Under the pieces are notes generated by a model. It did no database searches, was not told the DNA's origin, and was given only the letters and a program-made list of their open reading frames with translations. This document shows positions 50,472 to 63,150 of a stretch of 64,000 bases of DNA, in pieces (position 1 is the first letter of the stretch; each line of letters opens with the position of its first letter). The stretch is taken from assembly GCF_008831285.2 (NCBI RefSeq), contig NC_045138.2, forward strand, positions 16,244,001-16,308,000, given 5' to 3'. This DNA comes from Nymphaea colorata (Eukaryota). The position numbers and the translations under genes were made by a program.

Positions 50472-51264
50472 GGGTGTGTTTGGGTACACCTTCAAAACGG
50501 CATTTCAGAAGCAAAATGATGTTTTTCTTCTCAAATGTCGTTTTCAGGGTGTTTAGAGTCCCATTACACAAAAAATGCGTACGTATATTATATGGTGAGG
50601 AATTTCTCAGGTATAAGATGGCAAAGTTGTATATTTCGAGAATATCTTGGTAAATTTTTAAAAAATTTAAAACATTTAATAAGTATTGAAAATTATAAAA
50701 AAATAAAAATGAATGAAAAACAAAAAATGGCAGAAAACAATAAAAAACGGGTATAATAAGTATAATATACGTGTTTTTTGACGTTTTTTAAAAAAAACAT
50801 GTTTTTTCACGTTTTATACAGGTGACATGTTTTTCACATTTTATACACGTTTTTTTCAAATAAAACACGTTTTCCTGAAAACTGAGTTTATGAAAAAACC
50901 CATGTTTTCAAAACTGTGTTCTTTTTCATGTTTTGAATAACCTGCTTGGAAGGTCTTTGGCAGAAAAGGTACTGTGTATTTTGAATTGGTTATTGTGATC
51001 AATTTTTCAACAATCTTGATAGTAAATAAAAACCAGGTTTCAAATGTGAAATCCTGGTTTTGACTGGTTATCGAAACGCATAAACCAGGTTTTCAAAACT
51101 CATTCAAAAGTTGGTTTTTACAAAACCAGGTTTTCAAAACTCATTCAAAAGTTGGTTTTTACAAAACCAGGTTTTCAAAACTCATTCAAAAGTTGGTTTT
51201 TACAAAACCAGGTTTTAAAAAAAAAACAAAGATTTTTGTTCAAAGTGTCATCCAAACGCATACC
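50472..51264. mobile_element. PIF/Harbinger (Tourist-like) MITE
   Basis: Begins GGGTGTGTTTGG directly after TTA and ends ..CCAAACGCATACC; interior rich in AAAAC/GTTTT motifs. Confidence 0.65.
51082..51216. repeat. 41-bp minisatellite, 3.3 identical copies, inside the MITE
   Basis: AAACCAGGTTTTCAAAACTCATTCAAAAGTTGGTTTTTACA at 51082, 51123 and 51164, partial copy at 51205. Confidence 0.92.
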
Positions 51265-51690
51265 AAATTTTTGATCGGCGACAAAAACTCAGTGTGAATG
51301 GTTGGACACTCACTTTCATCTACGGTCTAAAAGAGACGGAGGAAAATCAAAAGTAAAAGAGAGAATGGCACAAGGGGCGTGACACCTTTGAATTGCCACT
51401 GATTCGAAAGAAGAACGTTTATCATTGCAGTTATACGTGTATATGTGCGCGTGAAAAATGGAAATCGTTCATGATATTGACTTATCAGAAGAATAATGTG
51501 ACAAATCTAAGTCGCCTTTCCAAATGGCAACCATTATTGACAAAGTCGTGTGCAGTTTTTCTTGATCTCTTTCGTCCATATCAAACCTGTTGTAATGGCC
51601 GGCCCAAACTGATATATATATTTGTTGTAGTGCGATCTTTAATATTGTTCAGGTGAGCTGCCGCTCATCTGGGTTTGGAAGAGCGCCGAC

Positions 51691-52101
51691 TAAAGCTGTC
51701 CATGAGCTGAGTTCAACCGAGTTGAGCCATTTCAAACTCGGCAACAGTGCCTATACTCGAAAAAATGGCTTGACCTGAGCCAAACATTTCATTAAAAAAA
51801 TATTTTCTAAAAAAACGAAAGTGGTGGCATATAGATTTGAACATGCATACCCATTTAGCAATCTTTTTTTTTTTTTTTATAATTTTATGAGACGTATTTT
51901 ATATATTCTCTTTCTTCAGCTTAATCGAATTTAACAGAGCCGAGCTCACTTAACTCGATCTCGACTCATTTAGGTTGTTGAGTTCATTTCTTAATTTCAA
52001 CTCGACTCGTTTCATAAACAAGTTGATTTCGAGTCAACTTTATCGAGTGAGTTCAAACTCGAGCTCAAGCTAGAGTTGGCTGGACTCATTGAACAGCCTT
52101 A
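51691..52101. mobile_element. hAT-type MITE with CTCGA/TCGAG subterminal repeats
   Basis: Termini TAAAGCTGTCCATGAG ... CTCATTGAACAGCCTTA; decayed 8-bp target duplication GCGCCGAC / ACACCGAC. Confidence 0.7.
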
Positions 52102-53131
52102 ACACCGACCACTTTTGACTGACCACTTCCACCTTTTTGTGGTTTAAAAGAATAACATTTATAAAGGCAAACTACTGTCTATCGATTGACTGACCTGATC
52201 AGCTAAGCTACACCTAATGTTGTTAAAGCAATATGCTTGTCAGTTGATGGGAGCATTGACCAAATCGATTGACCACAGAATTGTCTTTGTGTCGGCTTAA
52301 ACTTTTTTTTTTCAATTTTTAACTGGAAAAATGAAAAATAAATAAAAATCTAAAAAAAGAAAAGAAGTGAAAAATGCAAACAAATTATTCTATATGACGT
52401 CGTTAATTTGAACTTTTGCTAGTGGAATCCGTCAAACGGAATGGCTAGATTGTTGTCTCTGTGACGCCGCAATTGGTGCTTTGGTCAAAAACTCGCGGAG
52501 AAATTAGACTTTGGCAAATCAAACTTGGTAACCTCTTGGCCGAACACACGCGATCTGACCGCCACCTAATTTTTAACAACTCATTCCCTTGCAGTCATAT
52601 CAGCTGACCACATGTTAATTTCATTTTCGAGTTTGTGGGCCAACTCTAGTGGTCTATCATACTTGAAATCTTATAACACCATAACACATTCACAAAACAA
52701 AAGAAAACTGGATGACATTTATACATGGTTTTGCTTTGATATACTACAATACTTCGTAAATTATATCGCCTCTACAAGCATGAGTACTCGTGCATTTATA
52801 CACAGTATTGCAAATATCATCTTATCTTTGCCTGCGCTCATACATATCAAATTCAAGATCAGACCGAGATTTTGGGACATTTGGCAACAAGAAACACCGC
52901 AATAGTATTCCATGAATCTATCACCACAGGGACCTAATTTTTAGAAAAAAATGCAGTACCGCATCTTGTTCATAATTAGATTAACCATACTAAGTAATTA
53001 CATTATTGTGACTGCAATATTCAAGCAGATCATACACATTCTAACATACTTCAACTACTTATCATCTGCATGCATTTATACAACATTCCTTGTAAAGAAA
53101 GAAGAGAAAAAAGACGGGAGACTTGTAATCC

Positions 53132-54430
53132 CTAGTCCAGCGAATAGAAGTCATTTTTGAATGAGTCCAAGTCCTTCTCAAACAGAGGAACGAAGGCATC
53201 GACATCTCCATTGCCGGAGAAAGAAGGCACGAGGATCAGCAGCCCCTCTACCGGCAAATATGACGGCATAAATCGGTGAGGACGCCCTGAACCAAAGTCC
53301 ACGTCATAGAAAGGAAATCTCAGCCAGGAGTCCACTTCCAGGTCAGGGCTCAGCACCATCTTTCCCTCGTCTGCGCTCGGCATCAGACCTTCCGTCTTCT
53401 CTTTCGAGCTCGAGAAGTCGATGAATGACTTGAAGTAGTCGGCATCGACTCGAGCAGCTGCTTCGTGTATGAGCCTGGCCGCATGTCCGATGGGCTTGGC
53501 CAGGAGGTCTTCCACACGTGACTCGGGCCAAGCCCACAGCACCATGTTGCCGAAGTACCTCATGGGCACGAGAGAGTTGTTCATTCTGGTGCGCCCGTCC
53601 ACTGCTATCCTGATCTTGGTCGTCTCCTTCACGTCTAGTCCTCTAGCTCTGGTAATCTTCCTCCATAGGTGAGCAATAATACACTCAAAGGTGCTGTAAG
53701 GCTTGCTGTAAGGGCTGCCAGCAAAGGCCATGGACTTGAGCTTCGCTATAAGCTTAGAAGGAAATTGTGCTTTCTGAACTATAATGGCGTCCTTAGAGTC
53801 TGAACGCTTGGTGGTGCTTTCATGGCGGGCAGCGTACTCAACACCGCGGTGTTCGAACTGGAAGCGGGAAGGGCTGCGAGGTATGAAGATGGAGCGGTCG
53901 TGAAGCGGAAGAGGGTGCATGGAGAGGCCGCACGTTGCTCGGCCCCAAGCGACAAGAAAATGGCCGGCAGAGAACCCATCTGCGACCATATGGTGGCTCG
54001 TGAAACCCACGACGAGCGAGCCACAGGCGAACCTAGTGAGCTGCACCTGGGCCAACTCCTCCATGCCTGTAAGGGGCGGGTGGAGGTCAAGATAGTCCGG
54101 AGAAGGCTTGTCCAAGGAGCCGAGGGGGTAATCGGAGATGTTTTCGATGAAGCGGAGGCCCTCGTCGTTGAGGAGGATGCAGCGGCGGCCGGCGGCGTCG
54201 GAGACAAACCGGCCGGCGAACTCTCTGTACCCGGCTAGGGCCTTGCGCAGGCCTTGCTCGATGACGCTGTTTGGTGGGTTGGGAGGTCTGTAGGCATACA
54301 AGGTGGCTACGTGGGTGTCGAAGCTAACCACGTCAAAGGGGCTAAGTGGGATTACGATATCGGCCGGAGGACGGGTCGAGGTCTGGTAGCTCGGCTTCAG
54401 AAGCCTGGTGCTTTCAGTCTTCACCTTCAT
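53132..54430 (-). CDS. BAHD acyltransferase, clade IV (agmatine coumaroyltransferase / amine hydroxycinnamoyltransferase-like), copy 1
   Basis: Intronless, 432 aa. HxxxD motif HMVAD, VQLTRFACG, YFGNMVLWAWP, clade-IV LEVDSWL, DFGSG (DFGWG variant), C-terminus FYSLD. Confidence 0.93.
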   Translation of the reverse strand: MKVKTESTRLLKPSYQTSTRPPADIVIPLSPFDVVSFDTHVATLYAYRPPNPPNSVIEQGLRKALAGYREFAGRFVSDAAGRRCILLNDEGLRFIENISDYPLGSLDKPSPDYLDLHPPLTGMEELAQVQLTRFACGSLVVGFTSHHMVADGFSAGHFLVAWGRATCGLSMHPLPLHDRSIFIPRSPSRFQFEHRGVEYAARHESTTKRSDSKDAIIVQKAQFPSKLIAKLKSMAFAGSPYSKPYSTFECIIAHLWRKITRARGLDVKETTKIRIAVDGRTRMNNSLVPMRYFGNMVLWAWPESRVEDLLAKPIGHAARLIHEAAARVDADYFKSFIDFSSSKEKTEGLMPSADEGKMVLSPDLEVDSWLRFPFYDVDFGSGRPHRFMPSYLPVEGLLILVPSFSGNGDVDAFVPLFEKDLDSFKNDFYSLD

Positions 54431-55485
54431 TCTTTCTTTTCCTCCTTTACTGTTTCTCTAGCAGAAGCGATGGTTACCTAACAAAGAGGAACATGGTCAG
54501 GTGTGGAGGACACGTTGTGTGTGATTGATGAAACTGGTTGGTGTTTAAAGTGGAATAGGAAATGAGGGTGGGATCCATCTTTGATGTGAAATTGTCGACT
54601 TTTCCGGATTACTTGAATCGCATGGGGTCAATTCATCCTGCATCGCTGTCAGTCGATCTACTGTGTAAAATGGGTCGTTGATTCGTGGAAATTAAAGGAT
54701 GTTTCGTTCAACATTACGCTGTTGAGGTGGTAGATACGTTGGGGTATAGACGACAGCAAGCTGATCATGGTTCTTAATCTAAAATTGCGTAAGCGTGAAG
54801 TTATAACGATGACTGCTTCACCTGCTGAGCAAATTAGTCGGAGAAAGCCAGCAAATCAGGATTTTCTGACAAAATTATGCTCAGATTTAGTTTTCTTTTT
54901 AACTTCTCTGAATGTGGAAAAGCATCACGCGCACGACTAAGAGTGGCAGACTTAAAGCATTCGAGTGGAAGCTAAAGATTTCGATACTAGAGATGCTTTC
55001 TATGAGCATGCAGTCTGATCGATCATGTTTGCTCAAATTTAGCTTCCCCATTTCGAGAATTGCGAGGAGAGACAGCCCCTCGAATTGGAGAGTTTTAAGT
55101 TCTTGACTTTCAGTTTGGTAAATGGAAACTCTGAACAGGATTTCCGGCAGTTCAAATATAGAAAAGGTTGATTCTTAGAAACTTTGCTTTGTGTTTATGG
55201 TCAAATAAACTGTTCTTGTGTTCGGCCACACCTCAATCAAGAGGCTACGACAAGTTTTGGTGGAGATAGAAAACAAAAGGTGTCCTTTTCAGCATGTTCC
55301 CACTGTGTTCTTACAAGACACGCATTTCTAATTCGTTTTCTGCTACTTCCTTTTTCCATTTTGACGAGGAGCTCGGTCAAATGACTGTAGTAATTTCGGG
55401 CACCACCAACACTTTGTTTGTGTTTGGAGCCAGAACACAGAGTCTGCTTGGCAAAACATTCTAAGACTTCACATTCTCTCTCTCT

Positions 55486-55516
<31 letters not shown>

Positions 55517-56454
55517 ACATGGTCATTTGTCCTACAATTATTGAAGACCATCAATATTAACTTGTTGAAAGGAACTCAAGTTGCATGACCTTTTTCAACC
55601 CTAACGTTTGTGTTCGTCCATGTGTGGTTCACATATGCAGTCTCTTCCATAAGTTTTTTTTTTCTTTTGTTTCTCTGTAAATTCAAGTACTGCACATATG
55701 GATGAATATATTTATCACCGTCTGATCTGCGAAATGGTTTCTTGTATAATGGAAAATTTGGAATCAAGTTGTTGAGGGAATAGTAGAGGGAGCAGGATGG
55801 CTAGAAAGTGTATCTAGTAAGCAAGGTGAAGTAAAAGCAGTTATGGTTAGGCCATATATATATGTACATTTAATAATTTGTATAACTTTTTATAGCAAAA
55901 GGTTATAATAAAGTTAAAAAATAATGAAAGTGAGAGGTAAAGGGAAGAAAGAAGGGGAAAAGGTGAAAATTGAGGCCCCTGCTTACAATGGGTACTCTCT
56001 CTTTAAGTAAAAAAAAAGAAGCTTTTTAAAATGGTTATGAAAAAAAGTTAAAAAAAAGTATAAAATATAAGTACACCAACCTCTCTTCTTTTTCCCTTTA
56101 GTGTTTATTTGTAGGTGCAAAGAAGTGTGTACGGCTGTACGCACGTGAATCTCATTGTTAGGTGAGAAAAGAAAGTCGAGATGAAGACAGGATTCCATTT
56201 TCGAAAGAATTTTTATTATGGAATGTTAGACTTGCTTTCCAGTTCCTCTTTTTTCCAGTACTTCAAAGTTGAAACAAACGGGGTCCTTACGAATCAAATG
56301 GGAAAACAGAGAGAGAGCGAGAGAGAGAGAGACGTAGACGTCATAATTTGACCGTAAAAATGACGATGTGTGCTTGGATGATTGATTGTGAATCTCAACA
56401 ACCCCATTGGAGAGTGAAGGGAGGAGGTGGCGGCATGGTGTGGGAGGACCAACA

Positions 56455-56648
56455 TCAAGGTCGAGGGGTTTGAACGGCTGAAGAGTGAAGAGCAAGGGTC
56501 TCACCATTAGGGGTGAACACGAGTCGAGTCGAATTCGAGTTCAGTGTCAGCTCAAGGTCGAGGGGTTTGAACGGCTGAAGAGTGAAGAGCAAGGGTCTCA
56601 CCATTAGGGGTGAACACGAGCCGAGTCGAGATCGAGTTCAGTCAGCTC
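56455..56648. repeat. 97-bp tandem duplication spanning a MITE left junction
   Basis: TCAAGGTCGAGGGGTTTGAACGG...CCATTAGGGGTGAACACGAG.CGAGTCGA at 56455 and 56552. Confidence 0.9.
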
Positions 56649-57003
56649 GAGCTCGGTTTAATTAATGAAACCTTATGTTTGAGAATAGCTCGACGAAAGC
56701 AGCTCGAGCTTGACTCGGCAATTACGTGTTCAGCTAGAGCTCGACTCGATTAAGGCTCAACAAACTGTTTGAATAGAATTGATATTCATCGTTACATGTT
56801 GAGCTCGAGCTCGACTCGATTAAGACTCGACAAACTCGTAAACTCGTTTGAATATATCGACTTGATTAAGGCTTGACAAACTCGATTAAGGCTCGAGCTT
56901 GACTCAACATTTAAGTGTTGAGTTCGAACTCAATTCGATTATTTGAACGAGTGACTCATAAACTCGAGCTTTAAGCAAATGACTCAACTCAAACTTGTTC
57001 ACG
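56605..57003. mobile_element. hAT-type MITE with GAGCTCGA/ACTCGA repeats, right end truncated
   Basis: Left terminus TAGGGGTGAACACGAG (also at 56508), right remnant CTTGTTCACG. Absent from the paralogous region at ~63630. Confidence 0.72.
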
Positions 57004-57023
57004 AAAAAAGCTTTAACAAGTCT

Positions 57024-57106
57024 AACTTTGGACCATCTGAGCAGTAGATCTGCGTTGGAGGAGTCGAACTTTGGGCCATCTGAGCACTAGATCTGCGTTG
57101 GAGGAG
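57024..57106. repeat. 43-bp tandem duplication
   Basis: AACTTTGG.CCATCTGAGCA.TAGATCTGCGTTGGAGGAG occurs twice. Confidence 0.85.
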
Positions 57107-60018
57107 AAAACGTGAGTTATGAATGCCGTTGCCACGGCGGAATGACGCTTTTTTTGTCCTTTCTCTGTTTGTTAGGTAGGTAGTCCTCATCCCACTGAAA
57201 AAAATAACGTCTTCTCTGAATGAAAGAAGTGATCGAGATATTGGAGGGGAAGGCTCCCTCTTCCCGTTTACTCGACCGGCGGGCAACGGAAGACTTCTTC
57301 TTCGATCGTGACTAAAAAGAAATCACAAACTTTTGGATGTGATCGAAGAATGAGACTACCTTTTCGATGGTTAAATAAAACGATTCTTACGTAATGTAGC
57401 TTTTTGCCATCTAAAAATGGAAATGAAAGATTACAGAAATCTTTGTGAACGCACTCAGGCTTCTGTTGACCAAATCTATAGCATTAACAAACAAATATAT
57501 ATGTGGATCAACAATTTAGATGCTGATAGAAAAGATTACCAATTGGAATATATGTTAACAGTATAATATTGCAAGATGTAGTTTAAAAAAGCTAATGCAA
57601 AGAATAAGCATGAATGAATAATTGTCCGCAATAATGGTGGGGAGACCTCTCGGCAGATTCTCAAGATCTGCAGTTTAATCAAACTGAGGATCTTTGTAAC
57701 GTGGACCTTAAATCCACGTTACAAGCAAAAAATCATGTATTTAAGGTCGGATTGGGGGAGGGAGGGGGCTAAGGGAGAAGGAAAGGGGGCAAAACATTCC
57801 AATTATGCATGCTTTCAAATAAATTTAATTAGTTTAGCCATAATCTGCAATTCGTGGAAGGAAAATAAAAAAGTTCGCTACATCCTATCATCACCAATTC
57901 CTTAAGCCACGGATCTCAATTTTGAAGTCTGACCCCTCCCTGTACACTACATTATGGATTCCACATCCACATTATCAAACTGTGGATTTCAGCCATCGTG
58001 AGTTTCGAATCCTCTCGAACCTGAGATCTGTGGGGAATCAAATGCAACCTAAGTCTGTTTTTCTTCAATATTTTTTGTCCCTTTTTTTGCAATCTAAAAT
58101 TTGGTCGTTCTTGAAGTGTTGTCCTAGAAAGTCGAGAGAAGGAACATAACAGCCAAGGAAAATGTTTAGATGTCATATTCCAAGAATCTTTTCTTGCCGG
58201 TTTATGTTTAGAAGTATTTATGAAATACATAAGCCAAGGAAAACATTTCAAATGAGTGTTGAAGAATTAGCATGTTGCTTTCCAAAAAAAGAAGAAAGAA
58301 CCTTACATGATTTACCACCTTGTAACATTAATAAAGTTGATTGAACAGTTCATATTCAACATAAATAGTCGTTATGTTTTTTTATGCTTGGTGATGCGAC
58401 GGCTGGAAGAGAAAGCTGACGATTCGTTAGGTTTGTCTTTGGCCAAAAGAAGGAAATAAATGGGACGAATTATACGACTTTTCAATCCCTAACCACCAAC
58501 AGATTAAAATAAAAAAAGGAATTAAAAATTGTAAAAACCACTAATAGACACTAATTAAGAAAGATGGAAAAAGTGGGGGGCGCAGTCCTTCCTAGACTTA
58601 TACTTTTCCTCTTTTGGCAGTCACGCGTGGTTTTCAATCTAATTGCGTTACGCACAAGCAGTTCGGCCCTTGTATAAGATCCCCATGCACATCTAGTAAC
58701 TTCCTTTAGATATATAACAATATGGTTGATGTAATCGAAAGATGCTCAACCAGAAGATTTATGTAGATCATGGTGGTTATTGCAGCTATCAAATTTATAT
58801 AAACTTTACTTCTTGAACTACCCAATAGCAATTCCAAAAGCCAGAATCGGGTGTGACAGGGTGCTACTTAACAATAAAACTTTGCCTTTATATTGTGCTT
58901 CATGCAGCAGTACATGATCCAGACTTTACATATCCAACATTTATTAGGTCTAGGATAAGGGTGGTGAGCCATCATAGATCAAATTTAACAAAATGTAAAA
59001 ATCTTTTGATATTATATGATCAACTTTAACTTATAGAGATTAACCAAAGTCTGTTGCGTTGAGGCATGTGATTAAGACTTTACCTCCTCTTGACATTAAT
59101 GTTGTTAGTTAGCAAGTTCGTGATAAGTAATGATTAATTTCACATCGTTCTCATGAAAAAATATGTACATGATATAGGTCTTAGCTAGTAAACACAGACA
59201 GCTTCGCGTAGTTTTTAGTTTGAAGGGGTAAACATAAATGCAAATCTTCATGGATAGCTGTTACCAAGAGGCCTCTTATTAAAGTCCTACAGAAAAAGTT
59301 GTGCCCAAAAAAGATTTTAATAGTCGGACTTTCCCCCACGCACCCAAAAGTGAGGCTTTTAGTAGCCTTCAATTTAGCAAACTACGTGTCACTGTTCAAG
59401 TTGGTCCCCCGTTGAATACCTCTGTCTTACACTCTCCATCCTCAGGCGGTTTCAAGAGTTCTAAACTAGCGTGTTGAAGATGGAGAAGAGTTCAGAAAAA
59501 GAAGGCTCTTACCCGCAGTTAACTTATTTTGGTTAATTAAAGCGTGAGTCCAATCTTCGTTTAATTCGCTTCGTGGAAGGTCGATGAGCAGATCAATTTA
59601 GTCTCCCATTCGCATTTTTAACAGTATCTTATCTTTTCCATCGTTTTGTTCTTAATGAATAGGCATATCATTAAAAGAATTAAATCCAAATACAGGTTTG
59701 GTGAACAAGGATGCATCATTCCCGGATTCGAAATAACTATTCATGAGAAATATGATATTACAAGTAGAACTGTATTCATATATAAATACCTCCACACCAA
59801 AGAGTGGAAAAAGGGACAGAAAAAAATGGAAAAAAAGAATCAACTGTTCTTCTGATATTAGAATATAAGGCCCACTTTTCCGGCCAAGCATATATTGTTA
59901 CAAGTATTCTGATCTTTTGTTGGTGCAAGAAAAAATGATCCTTGGAATCATAGAGCATTGGACTAATCTTATAACAAGATGAATGAATTTAAAAAATTGG
60001 CACTGAGTCTCTTCCTTT

Positions 60019-61311
60019 CTACTCCAGCGAGTAGAAGTCTTCTTTGAAGGACCCCATGTTCTTCTCAAACAGAGGAACGAAGGCATCGATATCTCCGTTA
60101 CCATTGACGGACGGCGCGACAATCAAGAGTCCTTCGACAGGCAGATAGGAAGGCACAAAGAGGTCGGGGCACCCTGCGCCGAAGTCCAAGTCGTAGAAGG
60201 GGAACCGGAGCCAGCAGTCCACCTCCAGGTCTGGGCTCAGCACCATCTCGTCCGCGTCTGTGCTCGACACCAGCCCTTCCATCTTCTCCTGCGAGCTCGA
60301 GAAGTCGATGAAGGACCTGAAGTAGTCGTCGTCCACCCGAGCGACTGCATCGTGTATGAGCCTCGCTGCATGACCCACCGGCTTCGCCAAAAGGTCCTCG
60401 GCCTTGGACTGCGGCAGAGCCCACAGCACCACGTTGCCGAAATACCTCATGGGCACCGGCGGGTTGCTCATTCTAGCGCGTCCGTTAACAGCGATCTTAA
60501 TCTTGGTGATCTGCTTCCCGTCGAGCCTTCTGGCTCTGGTAATCTTCCTCCACAGGTGAGCAAGAAGACACTCAAATGTAGTAAAAGGCTTTTTATAGGG
60601 GCAATCCACCGCGGCCCTGTTCTTCAGTTTTGCTAGAAACTCCGACGAAAAATGTGCTTTGTGCACCACTATGGTGTCGCCGGAGTCCGAGTGGCTGATC
60701 TTTTGGCGGTCGAGGTATTCGACGCCGCGATGATCGAACTGGTAACGAGGAGGGTTGCGGGGGACGAAGATGGAACGGTCATGAAGAGGAAGAGGGTCCA
60801 TGGGAAGGCCGCGCACGGCTCTGCCCCATGCAACCAGGAAATGGCTGGTGGAGAACCCGTCGGCGATCATATGGTGGGTAGTGACGCCCACAACCAGGGA
60901 GCCACAGGCGAACCTAGTGAGCTGCACCTGAGCCAGTTCCTCTATGCCGGTGATGGGCAGGTGCAGATCAAGGTAGTCGGGGGAAGGCTTGTCCATATTA
61001 CCAAGAGGGTAGTCGCAAGTGGCTTCGACAAAGCGCATGCCCTGGTCACTGAGGAGGATGCAGCGGCGGCCGTCCTCGTCGTAGACGAGCCGGCCGGCCC
61101 ACTCTCTATACTCGGCGAGAGCCATGCGTAGGCCCTGCTCGATGACCTTGTTGGCCGGATTTGGCGGTCGGTAGGCATACAAGGTGGCTACGTGGGTGTC
61201 GAAGCTGACTGTGTCGAATGGGCTGAGAGGGATGAAGACATCGGTGGGAGGATGGTTGGAGGTGGGGTAGCTGGGCTTGAGGAGCCTTGAACTCTCCCTC
61301 TTGATCTTCAT
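60019..61311 (-). CDS. BAHD acyltransferase, clade IV (agmatine coumaroyltransferase-like), copy 2
   Basis: Intronless, 430 aa from ATG 61311 (MKIKRESS, aligning with the copy 1 start). HMIAD, AEYREWAGRL, YFGNVVLWALP, LEVDCWL, DFGAG, FYSLE. TATA variant TATTTAAG on the minus strand at ~61403-61410. Confidence 0.93.
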   Translation of the reverse strand: MKIKRESSRLLKPSYPTSNHPPTDVFIPLSPFDTVSFDTHVATLYAYRPPNPANKVIEQGLRMALAEYREWAGRLVYDEDGRRCILLSDQGMRFVEATCDYPLGNMDKPSPDYLDLHLPITGIEELAQVQLTRFACGSLVVGVTTHHMIADGFSTSHFLVAWGRAVRGLPMDPLPLHDRSIFVPRNPPRYQFDHRGVEYLDRQKISHSDSGDTIVVHKAHFSSEFLAKLKNRAAVDCPYKKPFTTFECLLAHLWRKITRARRLDGKQITKIKIAVNGRARMSNPPVPMRYFGNVVLWALPQSKAEDLLAKPVGHAARLIHDAVARVDDDYFRSFIDFSSSQEKMEGLVSSTDADEMVLSPDLEVDCWLRFPFYDLDFGAGCPDLFVPSYLPVEGLLIVAPSVNGNGDIDAFVPLFEKNMGSFKEDFYSLE

Positions 61312-62995
61312 AGTGATCTTATGATGAAGAAGAGTAAGGGGAGGGGAGGACTCTAATGGCGAGATCTCCGGAGATGGTGTAAATTGGATCGTTGGGTTGG
61401 TGCTTAAATAAGGAAGGTGGAAGTGGGAGGGAGGAGGTAGAGGAAGGATCAATGGCCCACTTGGAACGCAGACGCCTGCCTGATCATATCCACCATAGCA
61501 AATTAGGTGGGCTGCTATTATTTGTCTTCTTCTCTGTTACGAGGAAACCAGAGGGGACCCTCTGCTTAGCTTCGTCGGAAACATCGGTCGTGGAGATATC
61601 GTTCTTCCATGGTGGCCTACGAACGGGTCCACCCTATTTTGGATGAGGCCTTCGTGGAAAGACATGGAATGCTGCTTCTTCGTGTCGCAGCGTTTTAGAT
61701 GCCAGGGTGACCTTAAAAGTCATTCAAAGTTATCGAGTAGGAGGGAGAGTTTTGTATGCTGCCATGTTCATCATATTATCAACATATATATTTATTTTTA
61801 TGCTCTAATATTGTATATGCATAAGATAACAAATATGTATGAAATAATAAATAAATATAAGATAATATTTATGAAATAATAAAAAATTTATGAGATAATA
61901 AGATGTTAAACAATAAGATGATGCTAAACACAAATATGAGATAATGTTTGTAAAATAATAAAATATTTATCAAGCAATGAGATAATGAAAGGTGTGTCAA
62001 TGAAAAACCAACATCAAATTTTCATCATTATCTATGGCCAAGAAAGAAGAGGGCGAACCTCTCCTCCTTTCCCATACTCCCCAAGAACTAGGGTTGTTTG
62101 CTTAAAAAGAATAGCACAACAAATTTTGTCTTTCTCACGTTATTCATAACTGGACATTCCAGAGATGGTCATTTCTGGTGTCGTTTGATAGTTGAAATGC
62201 TTTGTGAGTACTGTATTACTTTACCTGAAATATTAGAGTAGCTTCATAAAACACTAAAATTAACTGTCCATGAATAAACTTCAATTTTGGAGGCAATGCT
62301 AGGAAACACTTATAAAGTGTTCCACTCGTGGAATGACCCTTTCGTGTGGTTGCAAGGATGAGATCAAATGATTTTTGTTTAAAAAATGAAAAGGATAGAA
62401 ATGAAAGTCCATTTTAGGCCAAGGATTGACCAAAGCTAAGTGGCTTGAGAAAATGACATTTCGATTGGACTGGAGATGATATGTTGGAAATATTCAATGT
62501 ATTCCGCTTGTATTTCTCATTTTGGATGAAGATCTTTGAAAATGAGTGGGATTCGTGTGCCGAACAAGAACCTGGTTATATGCACGTGCCCAATTTTTTG
62601 TGCATAGTATGGTTAATGACAAAAATATCCCCAGTTTACACTGAAAAAAGAAAACTATATTGTAAAGGCGAAAATGAAAAAAGTAAAAAGAATAGAAAGA
62701 ACATTCCTTTTTAAAAAATTTCCAAATCCCATGTACTGCCCACCAAAGACACCAAAATGGTAGCGTAAGGCACACGCTGCACCTCACCAACATGCACGCA
62801 CACAAAGACACAGGTAAGGGACGTTGCTAGCTATAGAAACTTGAAAGTGCATGGTGGGTAAATTACTGACTATAATCTCTTTTATCAGTCATGTTTTGTT
62901 ATGCTTTCAAAATAAGCAGTACATATTCTCTTCATTCCATAGTTACAAATAGATAGAAAAAACCATTGAGACAAGTAAAAACTGACCGAACCGCT

Positions 62996-63150
62996 ATCAG
63001 TATCTGATTGTGAAAATTCTCCCCTTGAATGTGCAAGTTCGAATTTAGAAGCTGCGAGTGGAAACAAGAGAAAAATGATCCGAACCAATATCAGTATCTG
63101 ATTGGGAAAATCTTCGCCTTAAATGTGCAAGGACAAAGTTGCAAGTGGAA
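62996..63150. repeat. Diverged ~94-bp tandem duplication
   Basis: ATCAGTATCTGATTG.GAAAAT..CCTT.AATGTGCAAG..G.TGC.AGTGGAA occurs twice. Confidence 0.7.

Noticed and set aside
51082..51216. Regular repeat resembling a CRISPR array
   Set aside because: Head-to-tail identical units without spacers, eukaryotic context, no cas genes.
53343..61178. Antisense and alternative-frame ORFs inside both BAHD genes
   Set aside because: By-products of GC-rich codon usage; their similarity between copies simply mirrors the BAHD paralogy.
61312..61452. 47-aa Pro-rich N-terminal extension on BAHD copy 2
   Set aside because: Non-ATG start, includes the TATA-like box, and is absent from copy 1.
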